Assembly (NCBI GenBank): GCA_040954595.2
Contig: CM082578.2
Span: 13,980,304 to 14,044,303, forward strand
DNA: 64,000 bases
DNA from: Balanoglossus misakiensis
Lineage: Eukaryota > Animalia > Hemichordata
Direction of reading: 5' to 3'
Shown: piece after piece, positions 52,242 through 60,880 of the stretch
Numbering within the stretch: position 1 is the first letter of the stretch
Layout: every line of letters starts with the position of its first letter
Made by a program: the position numbers and the translations under genes
The notes under the pieces: generated by a model
Seen by the model: only the letters and a program-made list of their open reading frames with translations
The model's database searches: none
Told to the model about the DNA's origin: nothing

Positions 52242-54226
52242 TATCAATTATTTACAGGCATATATAGGCTCGTCACACTGGTATTGTTGATCATCCTATT
52301 TGCAAGGTCAACGTTTTCGCCATCTTGGCCATTAATTTGACTATTTCATTTATCTCACATATATTTAGTTTTATGAATATTCATGTTGGATAACATCGTT
52401 TGCAATAGTGTTGTTAGGCAAGCTGTAATTCCTCTGTCGGAGACATTAAAGTTTCTTGAATCTTACATTGTCGTGAAGTGTAAGAAAGCCAACAGTACCA
52501 ACCCCAAACTTGGTTGGTTCGCTTGGTTTCTGTCTATGGTTATGGGGGGGGGGGGGGGTTAAAGTGCAACTAAGGGGGTCGACGTTAAGGTAGTATGCGC
52601 CTCGAAAATCTTACGAAGTCGTAAACATTTTCTCATATTTTGCTAAAGGGTAAAATTAGAGTATACTCTCTTAAATTTCAATTAAAAATTGGGGTTCACC
52701 GTGCAAAATTCTGAATGAGAGAGTAAAGCTGTCACTCATTTGAAATTCAAAATGGCCGCCAATATCTATGTTAATTCTATGAAGTAAATCTGATTTTAAT
52801 TAATCAACTGTTTGCAACCTTTACGAATACCTCTTCAGCGTTGCTAATGACTTGTAAGTGTAATTAAACCCATCACTTGTTATTAGTTTCACGGAGAATT
52901 AAGCCAAGTGATAAAGAACGACGTCGCCATGGCCCGCGGTGGTTACAGCGCACGCCCGTTAATGGAGAATGTCGCGCTAGCGGAGCAGACAACAATTGAC
53001 AGACGAGGGAGACAGGGGAACTAATCAATTACGAGGCGAATATCAAGTTGTTATTTCTTACCTTTATTGTAGTTTTTGAAGATGGCGGAACCGGATCCGG
53101 CATTAAATGGAGACGAGGAAAGAAATTCACATGATCGTCCACGTCGAATATGGAAATAGAAAAGAAAAAACAACACATTACAAAACTTGAATATTGATTC
53201 TAAGAGGCTTGTTTTATTATTGTTGTTGGTGTGGTGGTGGTGGTGGGCCATAGAAGAAAGAGTCAAAATTGGATTACTTGTTCAGAAATGGCCGAGAAAT
53301 TGGTCCAGATATGAAAAATCGTACAAAACCACGGTGGCCACGTACAGTTTCACTTGGCAGCCACGCTGGATCGTATCAGGACACAAACTGGCGTGGATAT
53401 GTACGTCAGTCACATTACTTTATCCCAATATCAAATTCGAATGAAATCTTTTTTAGGCGCGTTTGTGTAATGGACACAGACATGAAGAAAACCTTTACAC
53501 AATGACCTCCCGCCGGTGATCAATAGACATTTATCTCCGCTTAAAGCCGATAAAAATGCCATCATCTAAACAGTGGGTATACTTTGAGATACCAAACACC
53601 ATGTACAAAGACGTAATAGTTCAAGATACTGATCCTATTTTAAAGAGCTATACAGAAAAATCAGATAAGAATTGGACTAATACATTTATGTATTGTCCTT
53701 TCTATTGGACTTTGAAGCTGGTTTCAAACACCAATTTTTCTAACAGTTTTATTTTCCGTCAGTCATTTAATTAAACAACGACGTTTACTTTCACAAACCT
53801 CTAGCACCACTGAGACTGATTGAAACTTTCGATGTCTATTATTAACCTTACACCCATGTACAGATTCCTGCTTCAGACTGAGCAAGCTTAAATTATCATT
53901 CGTGGAACGAACGAACAAAAGTGCAAGGAGGATCATAAGAAATGGAAAAGGACTTTTCCAACGCACATCAAATGTCTCCCGTATCGTTTATACACGAATC
54001 ATCAATTTAGAAATGTCTTACATGATGATAATGTTCTTGAGTTCCAGTATCCAAAAAATGATACTGTATCATTTCTACAGCTTAGTTCAAAGACGTATTA
54101 TCTATGGGATTTACTCTTTATCCAAAGATATCGTGCCACATTTGCTAAACATCCGCACCACTCAGTTATTCATATCAGCAGCAGCTGAACTCCATCAAAC
54201 AAACGGCTGTAAATCGCACATCCAAA

Positions 54227-55507
54227 ATGTTGCTTCCAGATTCACAAAATAACAGTACTACTGAGGAGGAATGGACAACGTCACTGCTGATCTTTTACTA
54301 CGTCGTGGTGTCGGTAGATTTGTTCCTGGTTTCGTTGGGGCTCGTTTTGAACTCTGTGACTATCGTAGTTTTCCTTCGACATCCCTCTCTATGGATTGCA
54401 ACCAATATCTACATACTGAACCTGATGATCGCCGAGTCTGTGTTTCTTCTCGGGGTCTTGCTGTCTCTGATCTACACCTTTGCAGTTGGAAACCCGATAT
54501 GGTGGGAAATGGGGAAAGCTGCATGTTTCTTCAAAAGCTTTCTAATATTCGTGTCCTTCTACGCAGTGTTGATGACAATTGGCTCGCTGTGCATTGAACG
54601 TTACGTGGCCATTTGCAGACCCAGATGCATCCCGCCCAGTTCAAGGAGAAGGGCCCGAAACGCGTCCATTGCGTCTTGGATAGTTAGTGCCATATATGCC
54701 ACAGTTCATATTGTGCAGTGCTGGTATCCGTTCGATTTGACGATAAAGATACTAGCACTGAGTCAAATCGTTGCTGCTGTCACTGTTTTGTGTCTTCTCG
54801 TCGTCACTCTCTTTGTGTTGATCATATGTCATTTACGGACACACAACAACGCCATGATGACCTGGACACAGCGCAAGCGCGTTTCCGTGGTGTCTCAATA
54901 CAGCAACACCGTTCCAATAAAGAAGGTTGCCATAATGTTTGTGGCCATGTTGGGCGTGCATTTCATGCTTGGAATTCCTCGGTTGGTGCATGCTTTTCTC
55001 GAACTGTGGGACGACTTGGGTTACTGGAGATACGACCCGGCTACAAGTTACATGGTTGAAGCAATAGCGAACTCCCTTCTGATAATCAATCCAGTGCTGA
55101 ATCCAGTCACGTATAATTACGTAAATAAACCATTTCACGCGGCACTTAAACGAAGTCTATGCCGCAATCGGAAAGTCCATCCAAGACGACGAAGTCTGAA
55201 AGTCGCATCCCCGTCAACAACAACAACACCACCTCCGGCTCTCCAAGCACCTGAACACCGCGCATCGGTCAATGTGCAAACTGCACCACCTGGACAAGGT
55301 GTATCAATGCAGCCACATGCCGTTGCATTTACACAGCCGGACCATCTTATATCTGAACAGGTGAAAACTCCGCATGACACTGCATCAATCCAACACCATA
55401 GGAAGGACGGAGACAAGAAACAGTGGTTATCAACGGAAATTGAGGTCATCGAGGATGTCAGCTCGGTCAACGACACTCAATGCCGGCACGGGGGACTCTT
55501 AATGTAA
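54227..55507 (+). CDS. orphan class A GPCR, tandem paralogue G5, 426 aa
   Basis: GLVLN, NIYILNLMIAE, CIERYVAICRP, HIVQCWYP, LGIPRLVH, WRYDPATSY, LNPVTY; long C-tail. Confidence 0.95.
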   Translation: MLLPDSQNNSTTEEEWTTSLLIFYYVVVSVDLFLVSLGLVLNSVTIVVFLRHPSLWIATNIYILNLMIAESVFLLGVLLSLIYTFAVGNPIWWEMGKAACFFKSFLIFVSFYAVLMTIGSLCIERYVAICRPRCIPPSSRRRARNASIASWIVSAIYATVHIVQCWYPFDLTIKILALSQIVAAVTVLCLLVVTLFVLIICHLRTHNNAMMTWTQRKRVSVVSQYSNTVPIKKVAIMFVAMLGVHFMLGIPRLVHAFLELWDDLGYWRYDPATSYMVEAIANSLLIINPVLNPVTYNYVNKPFHAALKRSLCRNRKVHPRRRSLKVASPSTTTTPPPALQAPEHRASVNVQTAPPGQGVSMQPHAVAFTQPDHLISEQVKTPHDTASIQHHRKDGDKKQWLSTEIEVIEDVSSVNDTQCRHGGLLM

Positions 55508-56808
55508 AAATGATTCGAAGACGAGACATTGGAGGTTAAATGAGATGCGACGTTTGAAAATGTAAAAGAGTTCATAAAATGTATTTATTTTGCGGACTCA
55601 GTGCAGAAACAGTTTGATACAGAGTCCGCCAGTCTTTTAAAGGATGATTGACTGTAACCTTCCAAATTCGAATAACAGTTGGCATTACGTTTGAAAGTAA
55701 GGCGGAAAATTGCGAACAATATAGGAAATGTAAACTTAAAGGCTAATATTTGCTGACATGGTCATATCTTAAGATATGACATGTCTACATGTTTGCCACG
55801 TTTTGAATGCACGATGACATCAACGATACAACCAACAGATTGCGGAAAAAGTTTTTAAAAGATAAGTGCAAGGGGGAATTCCGTGTGCAACAATATTTAA
55901 TTCTGTCTGAAAACATAACCACACTTAGAACTTTACGGACCCCCAAAATTAGCGACAACAAAATTTTATTCTGATTTCGATTTTACTGTTGATTCTAACA
56001 AAGCGTCACATAAAAACCATTGCAGAAACTATCATTAGGACGTAGGCCTAATGTGGTTCTATACATGACTGGCAGTCACAATATACCAAATGTGACTCGA
56101 TTCAATGCCATTAGATTATCTGTTAAACATCACCCAAATCTCCATTGGTAACATCCAAACACAGACCATTACGCAAGGGGTTGTAGTCACATGATCAGAG
56201 TACGTACAACGACCTCGGAATATGAAGAATGGGCAAGGACTAATTCATTAAAGACAGATACCTCCATTAACAACGAGTAAACGTTTCAAGTTTGAGTAAT
56301 GGAACTGCTTATGAATAAAATCGTAAAGAAATGGTCGCCTATAGTGACCATGGTATTGGATTGCATTGCAAAACATTAAACTGTCTTTCATGTCTACATC
56401 ATAAAACTTCTTTTCTTCCTCTACTGTCTATGGTATAATACTGCATGCAGTACCATAGACCTACAGTATCTCTTTGATCGGTATTACGAGTTTGTTGGTT
56501 GCACAAGTGACGACAGAGACCGATGGAATGTTTGAAGAAGTTTAATTGGATTGGTCTGCACAAATTCCGCATCTCAAGATAGAGTATTTTTCAGGCAGAG
56601 CAAGAGCAAGGCTCCGACACGACACCATTCACTGAATGCTGCACGTGATACACACTCTTACAGCCACAGGTGTCAACAACTTCATATCATTTTGTTATCA
56701 TTAGATGACATACAGTACTATAGAAGTAACATCCTTATCACAATTAATATCAATGTGCTGATGTCTGCTACTGTGGAGACACACAACAGACCCATTCACC
56801 TTTAAAAC

Positions 56809-57867
56809 ATGTGTCATCTCGCAGTGGAAGGTAACTGCACGTCTGAAAACGATTTTGTTTCATCTCTGCTAACTTTTTTCTACATCACTGGGGCAGTAAA
56901 CCTCTGTCTGACTGTGTTGGGGCTCGTTTTGAACTCTGTGACAATCGTAGTTTTCCTCCGACATCCCTCTCTATGGATTGCAACCAATATCTACATACTG
57001 AACCTGATGATAGCCGAGTCTGTGTTTCTTCTCGGGGTCTTGTTGTCTCTGATCTACACCTTTGCAGTTGGAAACCCGATATGGTGGGAAATGGGTAAAG
57101 CTGTATGTTTCTTCAAAAGCTTTCTCATATTCGTGTCCTTCTACGTCATCTTGATAACTATTGCCTACGTGTGTTTGGAGCGCTACGTGGCCGTATGCCG
57201 TCCTTGCAGAAATATTCCGCCCAGCTCAAAAGGGAGGGCTCGCAATGCGTCTATTGGGGCCTGGATAATCAGTGTTATATACTCGACGGTGCATATTCTA
57301 CAGTGCTGGTACCCGGATGATGTGACACTGAGGATAGTAGCACTGACTCAAGTAGTGGTCATCGCTGCTACTCTGTGCTTTATGGTGAACACCATGTATA
57401 CCATCATCATCTTGTATTTGCGGAAACACAACAACATAATGATGTCTTGGACTCGACGTAAGAGGACTTCAGTGGTATCTCAGCACAGCAGCGCGGTGCC
57501 GGTCAAGAATGTCGTGGTGACATTTCTGGCCACGGCTGGCGTGCACTTCGTGTGCGGGTTTCCGCGGTTAGTGCACGGATTCTTGGATCTGTGGGATGCC
57601 TTGGGTTTCTGGACATACGACCCTGCCACAAGTTACATGGTGGAAGCGCTTACAAACACTCTCCTCGTCGTCAACGCTGTGCTGAATCCGATCACGTACA
57701 ATTCTCTCAACACACCATTCCAGGCCGAACTGAAACGGATGCTTTGTCGTCATCGGAAGGTCCATCCAAGACGTCCCGACAATGTAACTCTCAAAATTTC
57801 GTCGGTGCCAGAGCCTACCTTTTGTGTCACTCAGACTGCAGACCTTCATAAATCGTCACATTCTTAG
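56809..57867 (+). CDS. orphan class A GPCR, tandem paralogue G6, 352 aa
   Basis: GLVLN, NIYILNLMIAE, CLERYVAVCRP, HILQCWYP, CGFPRLVH, WTYDPATSY, LNPITY; closest to G5. Confidence 0.95.
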   Translation: MCHLAVEGNCTSENDFVSSLLTFFYITGAVNLCLTVLGLVLNSVTIVVFLRHPSLWIATNIYILNLMIAESVFLLGVLLSLIYTFAVGNPIWWEMGKAVCFFKSFLIFVSFYVILITIAYVCLERYVAVCRPCRNIPPSSKGRARNASIGAWIISVIYSTVHILQCWYPDDVTLRIVALTQVVVIAATLCFMVNTMYTIIILYLRKHNNIMMSWTRRKRTSVVSQHSSAVPVKNVVVTFLATAGVHFVCGFPRLVHGFLDLWDALGFWTYDPATSYMVEALTNTLLVVNAVLNPITYNSLNTPFQAELKRMLCRHRKVHPRRPDNVTLKISSVPEPTFCVTQTADLHKSSHS

Positions 57868-58565
57868 TTCTATATACAGGTACATGGTGAACATCGTACG
57901 AAATTCAGGAATTATTACAACTGACGCATTCACTGAATCTTTTGTATGTTTGTTTATAAACAATGACCCATCTTTACGAGCAATGGCTTTAATGAAAACG
58001 TGATGCTTTACCATTTTTTCTCTCAGATGATTTACCCATGATACAAGTGTTTCCAAAGATTCTCATTTCTAGGAACGGTGCGTCGATGTAACAAACTGGG
58101 CTGGCACAAATACAAACGTATTCTGATTTGACGAAAATAGTGAACATCCACAGTTCTAATTTAATTATATGATAACAAAACACGCCAGTAAGATAGCCAA
58201 TGATATGTCCAATCTGTCTCACGCATTCTTCTTTGTAAATCACAATGAATTCATGTGATTACAATGCCAACGACAACAGATACTGTGATGGTATATCTAA
58301 TTACAAGGCAAACGTATTATAAAACAATGTAGTTTGAAATAAGATGCGGAGTTTGGTGTCGGGAGAAATACACTGAAAAAGACAGACTTCAAGAAAGAAC
58401 TGTACAACAGTGTAGCAATTGCAAGTTACTGGGGACGCGGAAACTGTATATTCCTGGCGCAAACTCTAGAGGGAGCACTACTAATGTGTTGAGTTTGCCT
58501 CCAGTTTCAGGGGTCTCGTGACTGACATTTAAATTCTAATCAGTTTTAGCTTTTGACATTTAAAA

Positions 58566-60350
58566 ATGGTTAGGCTACACTTGATATTTTATCTGAGCTT
58601 TGCCTCTCGCATGATACGGCAACTGTGCCCACTCCCCCACGAACACTGCTCCAAATCTGTAATTACAACACCTTCTCTTCCATTTTCTATGGATTTTGCG
58701 AGGGCAGGTTTCATTTTGAGATGTCTTCATTCGGGGGACAAAACACCAACGCGTCATCTGCTAATAAAGCTTCCACCTTCTGAAGACAGAAAATGCTCCG
58801 CAACTATTGTGTTTTGTCGTAATGCTCCAGTCTACTAATAGGCTCGGAGTGTCATTGGAGACGAAAAGTCGAGGCCATGAAAATCTGCTCTCCAGGCTAC
58901 AACCAACTGTTCAAGCTGCCTATGATTTCTGCAGTGCACCTGCCACTTGCAGAAATAGTGAGCGACGGCGGTTTCTTGTACAACGGCGGATCAATCGATA
59001 AGAAAAGGGCACACACAGATCATGCGCGTTATACAATCCTATCGCCTGTTTTCGGATACTGTGCTGCTATAAATAATTATCGTCGAATGTGTTTAGTAAG
59101 CTCTCCCACATCCATATCCATGAAACAGTCAGGGACTTAGGGCGCCCTCAAGAGCGAGAACTTCGGTACTGGGCTATTTCCTGGGCAGACTCTTGTATGA
59201 CAAATTCAACTAAAAAAAAACAGTCTACAGCCCTTTATAGTTGAAAACTTTCACAAAACTTCCTCCAGTAGTTTCCTATAACACTTTTGCAACAATATCT
59301 TTCAATAAGTTCGCCCTCTGTCGCCCTAGTGTACGTACTAAAATAGCTCTTCGAGGTCTTATTGTTTTGTCGTGTTATGTTTGCTTTGCTTTATTTTGTT
59401 TTAGTCATTTATGCAAATACAGCACTGACAATAATTTTCGGGGAATACATCTACCCATATTTTGAGTCTGGGCGTGTCCTAAACTTTATAAAAACAAAAG
59501 TAAGAACGCTAAGTGATAATAGAGGGCGCATTATCACTCATTCGTATATTAAACTTAATGCCTCCCCGCGAAGATAGATGGTGTTGAGTTTCTACACTGT
59601 ATTAACGGAAATTTGCCACGGCGTGATGATCTCATTGAGAAGCAAGGTAAGACCCACGATTATTTTACGATTAGTATATCCTTGCATCGTCCGTACGCGT
59701 ACACCAAGTAGAACTGCAAACCCATCAATGAGCAGATGAGAGTAAGCTTATCATAATACAATTTTTGATATTGTAAGTCCCGCACTTTTCGTATTCGCCA
59801 ATTTTCTCACATCTCTCTCCATCATAAACATTTGAGAGTATAAATATTCACTCTCGAATTGGATTTTTTTACAAGCATTTGGGCTGCCGTCTGCCCCCTC
59901 CTCGGGGGTGTTACTTCAATAAATTTTGGGTAAAGATCTTCAGATCCTGTGGCTAAAACTCCACCCAATCCGACGTTGCGTTCGAAAACTCCGGTCTTTT
60001 TGACCTGCTTCGAAATCTCAAGCTTTACGATTTCACTCGCATATAGGATGGGAAAGCAGGGCGGAACGTGACCTATTTTTTTTTTTACCAGAGACCCAAA
60101 TTTACAATATACTTTGCGTGAGTATCGGACCCCCGTCGCGCGGTGCATATACCCGTATCGAAGGGAGTCCCCCGGGATTGGGGAGGGGGGGGGGGCGAAA
60201 GTACTCACGGTGGCACTTTACAGAGAGACATACTCTACATTACTCTCTATGATTGATAATATCCCCTATTTTGTCATACTCCACAAGTATTATGAAACTA
60301 ACTATTAATCTTAGTTCCTGATCTCTTGTTGCCATAGTGTTGGTTCAGTT
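58566..60350 (+). pseudogene. decayed LRR receptor pseudogene
   Basis: Signal/LRRNT-like MVRLHLIFYLSFASRMIRQLCPLPHEHC; MKICSPGYNQLFKLP; VVSYNTFATISF; ALRGL; RVLNFIKTKVRTL; LLSMIDNIP. Confidence 0.45.
59901..60176. mobile_element. possible degenerate MITE with G/C-run termini
   Basis: Left end ctcgggggtgttact and right end agtcccccggg form an imperfect inverted pair. The segment is more GC-rich than its flanks and interrupts LRR-like sequence; no TSD identified. Confidence 0.3.
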
Positions 60351-60880
60351 TCTTTTCTCATCATGGTCTAGTTTTTGGAGAATGCCAGGTTTCATTTTTG
60401 GGCAAAGTGTCAGAGATCACATCAAAATATGATTATACTCCTTTGACAGTATTGACTTACATAAATGGATTGAAAATAACCTTCTGACAATATTTTAAGT
60501 TAGTTTTCGTCTGCATAATTGTTTTTGCAGTTACATTTTGATATACAAGCTGCATCAATGTACATGTGACTTCAGCTGAACTCATAACTCCTAAAAATAA
60601 AGTGTAATACAATAATGTGATATTTTATATAAAGAGCAGTTCAAAGTGATGCGTTTTGTTTTTAAACCAGGCAAGAACGTGCAATGTCAAAGGTTATTTT
60701 TGATTTGTTCATGTAGCCAGTTAGTCTCCTGACCCCTGTGTGACCTGTACACCCCCAACATTGTCATTGGTATGTACTCTTTCAACATTTGATTTTTCAG
60801 CTGGGGTGAATACAGATTTAACTCCTAGGATTAAACATAGACAGTAGACAGAGGATTAAACTAATCTATACACATATTGA

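Noticed and set aside
54227-56824. Phase-1 AG acceptors a few codons after the ATGs of G5 (54239) and G6 (56824), implying upstream coding exons
   Set aside because: The pyrimidine tracts are short and the ATGs have good Kozak-like context; this cannot be fully excluded without transcripts.
34425-57867. Opsin identity for any of the seven GPCRs
   Set aside because: There is no lysine at 7.43, the retinal attachment site (for example F in G0 and I in G3); the K in G0 TM7 is at 7.39.
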